A stretch of DNA of 64,000 nt from a bacterium (lineage in GTDB: Bacteria; UBA8248): contig OY843592.1 of NCBI GenBank assembly GCA_963692865.2, positions 416,001-480,000 of the forward strand. The letters run 5' to 3'. The position numbers were made by a program, and so were the translations under genes. Position 1 is the first letter of the stretch. Every line of letters starts with the position of its first letter. A model generated the notes under the pieces. It saw nothing but the letters and a program-made list of their open reading frames with translations. It had not been told where the DNA came from and searched no databases. Positions 1 to 7,776 of this stretch are shown piece after piece.

Positions 1-935
1 AGCGCCCGCACGCCGCTCTCGGGCAGCACCGAGGCGTCCGAATGGACGACCGTGTGGTTGTGCAGTTCGCTCTCATAGCGGATCGAGGAGAGGAGCCAGC
101 TCTCGAGGCGCGTCGGCGCGTCCAGCATCATCAGCGTCTGGTTCGCGTTGCACGCGAAAACGGCGTCGTCGAACGTCTCGGCCTTCCCCTCCTCGTCCTC
201 CACGACGACTTCCGATGCGCCCCGGTACACCTTCCGGACCGGGCGGCTCAGGTAAATCCTGTCCTTGAAGTCCGCCGTCAACTCCTCGTAGATGCGCCGC
301 GTGCCGCGCTCCCAAGTCTGCATCGGCGTGGCGGTTTCGATGTCGAAGAACTCCAGGTACCGCGAGAAGAGCGACGCCGGCATGTCGAACACGTTGGTGG
401 CCATCAGGAAGTTCACGAACATGGGCTTGAGTATCTTGTACCGGAAATCGCCCGAAAATCGCCCCAGGTTCAAGACCGCGCCCATGCTCACGTAGTTGAA
501 CGGGTTGAGCGCCGCCAGGAGTCTGGAGCGCGAGCGGCTGAGCGCGCCGAACCACTTGAGGCGTCTTAAGAGTTTCTGGAACTTCTCGATCTCGGGCCGG
601 AGCTCCCGCCGGATGTCGGAGTCGAAATCGTGCGCGTAGACGCCGCCGCGGTACTTCACGCTGTAGCTGAACCGGGTGTCGAGCAGCTCGATGCCGTACA
701 TCCGCATCAGCAGGAGGATGTGGTGGTACACCGAGGGGATGCAGGCGGTTACGGAGATGTCGAAGGGGATCGAGGCGCCGTCGTCCTGCGGCATGTCGGC
801 GGTGACGGCGTTGCCGCCCACCTGCGCCTGCGCTTCGAACACGCGGAAGTCGAACCTCTCGGGGCGGCGGTTCAGCGCCCAGGCCGCCCCCAGCCCCGAG
901 ACCCCCGCGCCGATGATGGCGACTCTTCTCGGCAT
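1..935 (-). CDS. FAD-dependent oxidoreductase / amine-oxidase-like protein (3' end runs off the window)
   Basis: Manual translation from the ATG at 935: MPRRVAIIGAGVSGLGAAWAL...FRVFEAQAQVGGNA (Rossmann GxGxxG plus E..GG motif). The frame stays open to the window edge, so it is absent from the ORF track. Confidence 0.85.
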   Translation of the reverse strand, partial: MPRRVAIIGAGVSGLGAAWALNRRPERFDFRVFEAQAQVGGNAVTADMPQDDGASIPFDISVTACIPSVYHHILLLMRMYGIELLDTRFSYSVKYRGGVYAHDFDSDIRRELRPEIEKFQKLLRRLKWFGALSRSRSRLLAALNPFNYVSMGAVLNLGRFSGDFRYKILKPMFVNFLMATNVFDMPASLFSRYLEFFDIETATPMQTWERGTRRIYEELTADFKDRIYLSRPVRKVYRGASEVVVEDEEGKAETFDDAVFACNANQTLMMLDAPTRLESWLLSSIRYESELHNHTVVHSDASVLPESGVRA

Positions 936-1022
936 CTTCGCTCACTCGTTGGCCAAGGATGAAAGACGCCCCCAAGGATAAACGCGATTGCGCGAAAGGG
1001 GAAGGGCAAACGCGATTGATGA
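829..1022. repeat. Direct repeat copy 1 (5' end and upstream region of the oxidoreductase)
   Basis: Near-identical to 2444-2640. Confidence 0.9.
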
Positions 1023-1421
1023 GGGGTTGTTGAAAAACCCCGAGAGGGAGGGTTTGCCGTCATTCCGGCGCATGCCGGAATCCAGGGAATTTGTTTTTGC
1101 CTTGTCGGTTTTGGCAGTCGTTCGGCGGTGTTGCCTTCCTCGTCAGCTCTGGATTCCGGCATCCGCCGGAATGACGATCAAAAGCATATCCGCCGTAGGG
1201 ACTACGCGAGACGCGATGGTTCTGTAGGGGAGGACCTGTGTGTCCTCCCCCGCACGTCGTTTTGGTCGTGAGCCTGACGTAGGGGCGGTTCGCGAACCGA
1301 CCCTACGGTGGATGTGGGTATTGCTCGTCATTCCCTCATCTCTCAGCTTCAGCGCCGAATCACGAAATCAGGGTTTTTTACCGGTCCTCCTCGGTCAAGA
1401 CTGATTGCCAACGGGAAAATT

Positions 1422-1504
1422 ATTCACGCCTATTAGGTAAAATATCGTGAATAAAGAGCATATTCTGCGCATCATTCACGATAAATTGATATTTTAACGT
1501 GAAT
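1422..1504. promoter_or_regulatory. Two palindromic boxes ATTCACG-N17-CGTGAAT upstream of / overlapping the Fic start
   Basis: Boxes at 1422-1452 and 1474-1504 have identical arms and identical 17-bp AT-rich spacing. Confidence 0.7.
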
Positions 1505-2411
1505 GAAGTATGTTCATGGCATGGCTACTCCGGGACCGACAAGAGATCGCATCGGGGCTCTCAAGCGCGAATACGACGCCTTGCGCCGGGGCAGGGAATC
1601 GCTTCTGGCGATGATCGACGAGGTGGAAGCGCCCGAGAGCGTCTACAACTCGAACGCGATAGAAAACTCCACCCTCACCCTCGATGAGACCGAAAGAATC
1701 CTGCTGGAGCAATCCCTCTCGCGCGAGGTGTCCGTGCGGGAGGTCTTCGAGGCCAGGAACCTGGCGCGGGTCACCGAATACAAGCGCGCGCGCGCGGAAG
1801 AGGGCGAACTGGACGAGGAGTTGATACTGCTCTTGCACCGGATGCTCATCGGCGGCATCGACGACGGAATCGCGGGCCGCTTTCGGGGGCGGGGGGAGTA
1901 CGTGCGCGTGGGCGCGCACATCGCGCCGGCGCCCGAGCACGTGGAGCGCATGATGGAGAACGTCCTCCTCACATATTCGAGCGATCTGGATTCCTACTTC
2001 CTGGACAAGATCGCGCGCTTTCATCTCGACTTCGAGACGATTCACCCCTTCTGCGACGGCAACGGCCGCATCGGGCGGGTGATCATCAATTTCCAGCTTC
2101 TGCGGCTCGGCCTGCCGCGCCTCATCGTCCGCAACTCGGACAAGGAGCGCTACTACCGGGCGTTTGATGATTACAGAGACCGCCGGACGGCCCGGACGAT
2201 GGAGAGCATCCTCTCGCTCGCGCTGCTGGAGTCGCTCCACAAGCGGGTGACCTACCTGCGGGGCGAACCGGTCGCGCGGCTCTCCGACTACATCAGGAAG
2301 GGAGGCCTCTCGGCCCCCGCCGCCACCAACGCCGCCCGCCGCCAGACCATCCCCGCCTTCCGGGAGAGGGGCGTGTGGAAGATCGGGGAGGGGGAGTCGG
2401 TCAAGGATTGA
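1503..2411 (+). CDS. Fic family protein (AMPylase-type) with possible C-terminal DNA-binding module
   Basis: Canonical HPFCDGNGRIGR motif; N-terminal YNSNAIEN. Confidence 0.92.
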   Translation: MKYVHGMATPGPTRDRIGALKREYDALRRGRESLLAMIDEVEAPESVYNSNAIENSTLTLDETERILLEQSLSREVSVREVFEARNLARVTEYKRARAEEGELDEELILLLHRMLIGGIDDGIAGRFRGRGEYVRVGAHIAPAPEHVERMMENVLLTYSSDLDSYFLDKIARFHLDFETIHPFCDGNGRIGRVIINFQLLRLGLPRLIVRNSDKERYYRAFDDYRDRRTARTMESILSLALLESLHKRVTYLRGEPVARLSDYIRKGGLSAPAATNAARRQTIPAFRERGVWKIGEGESVKD

Positions 2412-2443
2412 CCCCGGCGCCGGATGCGCCGCCGACACACGCA

Positions 2444-2640
2444 TGCGCTTCGAACACGCGGAAGTCGAACCCCTCGGGGTGGCGGTTCAGCGCCCAGGCC
2501 GCCCCCAGCCCCGAGACCCCCGCGCCGATGATGGCGACTCTTCTCGGCATCTCCGCTCACTCGTTGGCCAAGGATGAAAAACGCCCCCAAGGATAAACGC
2601 GATTGCGTGATGAGGGAAGGGGGTCAAACACGATTGATGA
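2444..2640 (-). pseudogene. Direct repeat copy 2: truncated 5' fragment (~35 codons from ATG 2550) of the oxidoreductase plus its upstream region
   Basis: Encodes MPRRVAIIGAGVSGLGAAWALNRHPEGFDFRVFEA, then diverges just after the Fic stop. Confidence 0.85.
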
Positions 2641-2768
2641 ACGAGCGTTTGACGCGAGTGAGGAGGGAGCGATTGTATCAGGATGATTGCGGGGGCCGGA
2701 TGTTGACCTCCGCGTCAGGTCCGCCTCGTACCGGAATGATTATGATGCCGAAGTGTCCGTGAAGAGAA

Positions 2769-3059
2769 TCAAGCGTATTCAGGAGCTGTATTGCTGTACG
2801 ATTCTTCCGTCCATCCCGAATACGTCGTGTTCAGATTCTCGTTGGTTCGAATGATGCGCCCGTGGTGTTCCATCATGGATTCGCAAATGCCGCCTATCGC
2901 TTCAATGATATTCGCAATGGCGCTTTCCCTGGTGTCGCCCTCTGAGATGCACCCTTCCAGGTCAAGACACTCGACGACATACCCACCGTCCGTTTCATCC
3001 GGCTCCAGCGAAACCTGAAATGGTCCATGATCCGACGTGTTGATGATGTATCGCTCCAT
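2769..3059 (-). CDS. hicB: HicB-family antitoxin-like protein (no adjacent hicA seen)
   Basis: GGYVVECLDLEGCISEGDTRESAIANIIEAI matches the HicB pattern. Confidence 0.8.
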   Translation of the reverse strand: MERYIINTSDHGPFQVSLEPDETDGGYVVECLDLEGCISEGDTRESAIANIIEAIGGICESMMEHHGRIIRTNENLNTTYSGWTEESYSNTAPEYA

Positions 3060-3080
3060 GATTCGATGCTCCCGCTGTTT

Positions 3081-3182
3081 TTATCCTGCCCCATTCACTT
3101 CGTCATCCACTTTGGGCTGAGTGATGGGACCGAACTTGCTTTCATATTGCTCGATATTTTCACCCAGCGCCTCCGCCTGCAT
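3081..3182 (-). pseudogene. C-terminal fragment of a DUF3467-like protein
   Basis: MQAEALGENIEQYESKFGPITQP resembles the DUF3467 C-terminal AL.ENI..YE.KFG.I motif; only 33 codons remain. Confidence 0.45.
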
Positions 3183-3330
3183 GGATTTTTACAGGAATAA
3201 TAGACGATCTTGCTCACTTACGGCAATTATGGCCAGGAGGCGGCAAGAACGCCCGTCGGGTTGGTTGCCATAGAAGAGGGTAGGGCGCTGTGGGAAAAGC
3301 GGTGAAGGTTGCTTGAATGAGGGTCACGAT

Positions 3331-3453
3331 AAAAAATAAACCCCCGGAGGGGCCGAAGCGTCGCGAGGGTTGAGTCGTTTCCCCGTTCGGGGAATTGCCT
3401 GCGAAGTTTTCTTCTTGTTATGAAAAGCAACGTAGGCATCGATCAGCTATAAT
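3331..3453 (-). ncRNA. tracrRNA: tracrRNA, divergent from cas9
   Basis: Minus strand ATTATAGCTGATCGATGCCTACGTTGCTTTTCATAAC is complementary (with G-U pairs) to the repeat. It is followed by nexus GAAG-AAAA-CTTC, hairpin TTCCCCG-AA-CGGGGAA and terminator GGCCCC-TCCG-GGGGTT-TATTTTTT. The 5' end is approximate. Confidence 0.9.
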
Positions 3454-3504
3454 CTGATATCCTGATACTTTATTTCTCATACATTGTCAATCGGGAGATT
3501 CATT

Positions 3505-6500
3505 ATGCCGCATCTCACGCTCGGGCTCGACCTCGGCCCGAACTCCATCGGCTGGGCGCTCGTCGAAGAGGACGAGTCCGGCAGCCCGCAAGGTCTCGAA
3601 GCCGCCGGCGTCCGCGTTTTTCAGGAAATGGTCGACAGGCAGAAGAAGACCCCGAAGAACCACAAGCGGCGCGACGCGCGCCAGGCCCGCCGCCAGCGCG
3701 CCAGAAGAAAAATGCGGCGCGACACCCTTACACGCGAACTCATCCGCTCCGGCCTTTTGCCGGAGAGCGCCGAGGATCGCCGGAAGTTATTCGGGTTCGA
3801 CCAGAAGAAAGAGGAGCAGAACGACCCCTACGAAATCAGAAAGCGCGGGCTGGACGATGAACTGACGCCGCACGAACTGGGCCGGGCTGTTTTCCACCTG
3901 AACCAGAGGCGGGGGTTTTTGAGCAACCGCAAGGTGCGCGATTCGGGAGACAAGAAAAAAGAAGACGGCGTGGTCAAAAAGGAGATTGGAGAACTCAGGA
4001 AGGAAATCGAGGAATCCGGCTCCCGGACGCTGGGCGAGTTTCTGGCGGATACGCCCAAAAAGAGAAACCGCCGCACGGAGCGGGCGATGTACGAGGAGGA
4101 GTTCGATGCTCTCTGGAAGAAGCAGGCGGCGTTCAAACCCGAACTGCTCACGGACGCGCTTCGCGCGCGAATTCGCAAAATCCTCTTCTTCCAGCGTCCC
4201 CTGAAGCTCCAGAAGTTTCTGGTCGGCAAATGCACTTTCGAGCCGCACAAGAAAAGGTGCCCCTGGTGCCGCCCCGAGGCGCAGTGGTTCAGGGCGCTCC
4301 AAGACGTGAACCATCTCGAAGTCAGAGTCCCCGAGACGGGCGGGTATCGCCCCCTCGACCAATCGGAAAGGGAAGTCATCAAAGAACAACTCCGGGAGAA
4401 GAAGACGCTCGGGTGGAACGGCGTCCGCAAGGCGCTGGGGTTTCACTCGGGCGAGACGTTCAATATCGAAGAGGGCGGGAAGAAGAACCTGATGGGCGCG
4501 CGCACGCTCATAGACGTCCGGAAAATCCTCACGAAAAAGACGTGGGAGGCCATGTCCGGCGAGCGGGAGGAGTTTCTGGACGAGTTGTTCAGTACCCACA
4601 AGGAAGAAACCCTGTTGAAGCGGCTGGAGAAGCGCTGGCGACTCTCCGATGAGAAGGCGGACGCTCTCCTGAATACGGAGTTTCAGCCCGGCTACGCGAG
4701 CCTCTCCCTCCGGGCGATTCGCAGAATCACGCCGCATCTGGAGAGAGGATTGAACTACCACGATGCCTGCCGGGCGGCAGGCTATCGGCATGAATACGAG
4801 AAGGAAATCGACGCGAAAGAAGCGCTCCCACGCGCTCCCGAACTCAGAAACCCCATCGTCCAGAAGGCGATCTACGAGGTGCGCAAGCTAGTGAATGCCG
4901 TCGTCCGCGAGTACGGGATGCCGAGGCGCATCCGTGTGGAGCTCGCGCGGGACCTGAAGATCGGTAAGAAGCAGAAAGACGCTCTGAACCGCCGGAACAG
5001 GCAAAACCGCGACCTGAACGACGAGGCGCGCAAGGTGATGGAGGAGGTGGGAGTTTCTGACAACGGGGCGAACAGGCTCAGATACCGGCTGTGGAAGCAG
5101 CAGAAGGGCCAGTGCCCCTACACGGGCGCGAGCATCGGCGCGCGCGATATTTTCAGCCCCGAATACGAGGTGGATCACGTTCTCCCCTACAGCCGGACGC
5201 TCGATGATTCCTACATGAACAAGGTGCTCTCCAAGGCTTCCGCCAACCGGGAGAAGGGGGACAGTACGCCTCATGAATGGAGGAGCGGCGATTCGGGAGA
5301 ATTCACCAAGATGCGCCAACGCGTATCTTCTATGAAGGACATGCCTTATTCCAAGAGAAGGCGCTTCGAGCAGAAAGAACTTGAACTCGATAAGTTTATC
5401 GAGCGCCAACTCAACGACACGCGCTACATCAGCCGCGAGGTGAAGGACTACCTCAAGGACCTGGGCGCGGACATGCAGATAACGACGGGACAAGCCACCG
5501 CCGCCCTGCGCCGTTTCTGGGATCTCAACAAGATTCTCGCCGTCGATTCGGACCTCGAAAAAAACCGCGCCGACCACCGCCACCACGCCATCGACGCGCT
5601 GGTCGTCGCTCTCACGAGCCGGAGCCTTTTCAAGAGCATTGCGGATATTGCCGCCGAATACCGGGAACACGCGGTTCTGGTTCTGAACCGGAGGCATTTT
5701 TCGCTCAGAGAACCCTGGCCCGGATTCATGGCCGACGTTCGCGGGGAGGTAGAGAAAATCGTCGTCTCCCATCAGCCGCTCAGGAAGATCAGCGGAGCCT
5801 TTCACGAGGAGACCGCCTACGGGCGTATCTCGCGCGACGGAGAGGACGTGTTCGTCCGAAGAGTCCCCCTCGAATCGCTCAGGCCGCCGCAGGTCGAGAA
5901 AATCGTCGACCGCCGCATCCGCGAACTCGTTCGGGAGCGCATGAAGGCTCACGACGGAAAAGCCAAGGACGCCTTCGCAAAGCCTCTCTATCTGGAGCAT
6001 TCAAACAAGGGAAAGGGCAGAACGCGAATCGAGACGGTGCGCGTCGCCGAGAACCTGAACCCGGACGGCCTATTCGGCGTCAAAAGAAAAGGAGAGGCGA
6101 AACCCTTCAAGTATTACGCATTGGGCAACAACCACCACGTTGAAATCATCGAGAATATAGAAACGGGCAGGCGTGCGGGCCGCGTCGTCACGGCCATGGA
6201 AGCGGCCCGGCGAGCGAGAAGGGCGCGGACCTCAATCGTCCGCCGCGACTGCGAGGAGGGCCAGCGGTTCGTGATGTCGCTCTCGATAAACGACGTGGTG
6301 AAGCTCGATGAGCCCGTGAACGGCTGCGATATGTACCGCGTTCAGAAAATTGGCAATATCGTAGCCACAGGGGCAATACAAATCACATTGCGAACACATG
6401 CAAGTGCTTCGATAGACGACAATGCAACACGACTACTTGTATCACCCAACACGCTCCGGGGACGCAAGATGTCCGTCGATCCCCTGGGCAAACTGGAGGC

Positions 6501-6513
6501 CGCCCATGATTAA
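3505..6513 (+). CDS. cas9: Type II-C Cas9, ~1002 aa
   Basis: RuvC-I LGLDLGPNSIGWA, Arg-rich bridge helix, RuvC-II IRVELARD, HNH EVDHVLPYSRTLDDSYMNKV..N..K, RuvC-III HHAIDA; RBS GGGAG at 3493-3497. Confidence 0.97.
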   Translation: MPHLTLGLDLGPNSIGWALVEEDESGSPQGLEAAGVRVFQEMVDRQKKTPKNHKRRDARQARRQRARRKMRRDTLTRELIRSGLLPESAEDRRKLFGFDQKKEEQNDPYEIRKRGLDDELTPHELGRAVFHLNQRRGFLSNRKVRDSGDKKKEDGVVKKEIGELRKEIEESGSRTLGEFLADTPKKRNRRTERAMYEEEFDALWKKQAAFKPELLTDALRARIRKILFFQRPLKLQKFLVGKCTFEPHKKRCPWCRPEAQWFRALQDVNHLEVRVPETGGYRPLDQSEREVIKEQLREKKTLGWNGVRKALGFHSGETFNIEEGGKKNLMGARTLIDVRKILTKKTWEAMSGEREEFLDELFSTHKEETLLKRLEKRWRLSDEKADALLNTEFQPGYASLSLRAIRRITPHLERGLNYHDACRAAGYRHEYEKEIDAKEALPRAPELRNPIVQKAIYEVRKLVNAVVREYGMPRRIRVELARDLKIGKKQKDALNRRNRQNRDLNDEARKVMEEVGVSDNGANRLRYRLWKQQKGQCPYTGASIGARDIFSPEYEVDHVLPYSRTLDDSYMNKVLSKASANREKGDSTPHEWRSGDSGEFTKMRQRVSSMKDMPYSKRRRFEQKELELDKFIERQLNDTRYISREVKDYLKDLGADMQITTGQATAALRRFWDLNKILAVDSDLEKNRADHRHHAIDALVVALTSRSLFKSIADIAAEYREHAVLVLNRRHFSLREPWPGFMADVRGEVEKIVVSHQPLRKISGAFHEETAYGRISRDGEDVFVRRVPLESLRPPQVEKIVDRRIRELVRERMKAHDGKAKDAFAKPLYLEHSNKGKGRTRIETVRVAENLNPDGLFGVKRKGEAKPFKYYALGNNHHVEIIENIETGRRAGRVVTAMEAARRARRARTSIVRRDCEEGQRFVMSLSINDVVKLDEPVNGCDMYRVQKIGNIVATGAIQITLRTHASASIDDNATRLLVSPNTLRGRKMSVDPLGKLEAAHD

Positions 6514-7399
6514 ACGAATCGTCGAAATCGGAAGTCCCGCCCGTCTCTCGCTCAGCCGCAAGCAACTGAAAGTGGAGCGGGAGGAATTCGCCGCAGAGTC
6601 GCTCCCCGTGGAGGACCTGGGCGTCCTGATTCTCGACCACCCGGCCATCCGCCCCTCGCAGGGGCTGTTGTCCGAGTGCATGAAGAACAACGTCGCCGTC
6701 GTGATGTGCGACGAGAAGCACCTGCCCGCCTCCGTCCTCCTCCCGCTGGACGGACACACGCTGCACAGCAGGATCGTGAAGGAGCAGGCCGCCGCCACCC
6801 CCGGCAGGCTGAGCCGCCTGTGGCGGGCCATCGTGCGCGAGAAGATTCTCGCCCAGGCCGACGCGCTCGACGCCTTCGATGAATATGGAGAACCCCTGCG
6901 CGCCGTCGCCGGGCGCGCGGGGCGGGAGAACCCGGCCCAGGCCGAAGCCCGCGCCGCGAGAATGTACTGGCCGAGGATGTTCGGCGCGGATTTCAGGCGC
7001 AACCGCGCGCTTCCGGGCGTGAACCGGCTCCTGAACTACGGCTACTCGCTCATCCGCGCGGCCACGGCGCGCGCGGTCGTCGCCTCGGGTCTGCACCCCG
7101 CCTTCGGCCTGCACCACCACAACCAGTACGACGGCTTCTGCCTGGCGGACGACCTCATGGAGCCGCTCCGCCCGCTGGTGGACCGCCGGGTGCGCCGGAT
7201 GCGCGATGAGCCGGAGGAGTGGGGCGAGGAACTCGAACTGGAGAAGGAGGAGAAGCGCGAGCTTCTGGGCGTTCTGGCCGAGGACGTGCGGTTCGGCGGC
7301 AAGGCCTATCCCCTTCTCACCGCCCTTCAATACTACGCCGCGGGCGTCCGCCGCGTCGTCTGCGGGGAGGAGAAGGAAACGGAAATCCCCCGGCCATGA
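6506..7399 (+). CDS. cas1: Type II Cas1
   Basis: EARAARMYW, NRLLNYGYSLIRA, GLHHHNQYDGFCLADDLMEPLRP; start overlaps the cas9 stop. Confidence 0.97.
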   Translation: MIKRIVEIGSPARLSLSRKQLKVEREEFAAESLPVEDLGVLILDHPAIRPSQGLLSECMKNNVAVVMCDEKHLPASVLLPLDGHTLHSRIVKEQAAATPGRLSRLWRAIVREKILAQADALDAFDEYGEPLRAVAGRAGRENPAQAEARAARMYWPRMFGADFRRNRALPGVNRLLNYGYSLIRAATARAVVASGLHPAFGLHHHNQYDGFCLADDLMEPLRPLVDRRVRRMRDEPEEWGEELELEKEEKRELLGVLAEDVRFGGKAYPLLTALQYYAAGVRRVVCGEEKETEIPRP

Positions 7400-7725
7400 G
7401 CTTCGGGGGGTGGCGCAGCATGTGGCTCATGGTGATGTTCGATTTGCCGACCGACACCAAGGCGGCGCGCAAGGCCTATCAGGAGTTTCGGGGTTTCCTG
7501 CTCGAAGACGGCTTCACGATGCTTCAGTATTCGGTCTACGCCCGGCATTGTCCGAGTTCCGAGAACGCGGAGGTGCACGAGCGGCGCATCAACGCCGCCC
7601 TGCCCCCCGACGGGGAGGTGCGGCTCCTGCTCTTCACCGACAAGCAGTTCTCGCGGATGAAGATTTTCTATGGGAAGATACGCAAGGCGACGGAAAAGGC
7701 TCCCGAGCAGATCACGTTGTTCTGA
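7396..7725 (+). CDS. cas2: Cas2
   Basis: WLMVMFDLPT..FRGFLLEDGFTMLQYSVYAR; ATGA overlap with cas1; no csn2 or cas4, hence II-C. Confidence 0.96.
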   Translation: MSFGGWRSMWLMVMFDLPTDTKAARKAYQEFRGFLLEDGFTMLQYSVYARHCPSSENAEVHERRINAALPPDGEVRLLLFTDKQFSRMKIFYGKIRKATEKAPEQITLF

Positions 7726-7776
7726 CCTGTCTTCGGGAGCCTTGACCCAATCGGTTCAACCACTTGGAGAGAACCG

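Noticed and set aside
73-975. 300-aa minus ORF and 42-569 plus ORF in the track
   Set aside because: Shadow frames; the real gene is the frame starting at ATG 935.
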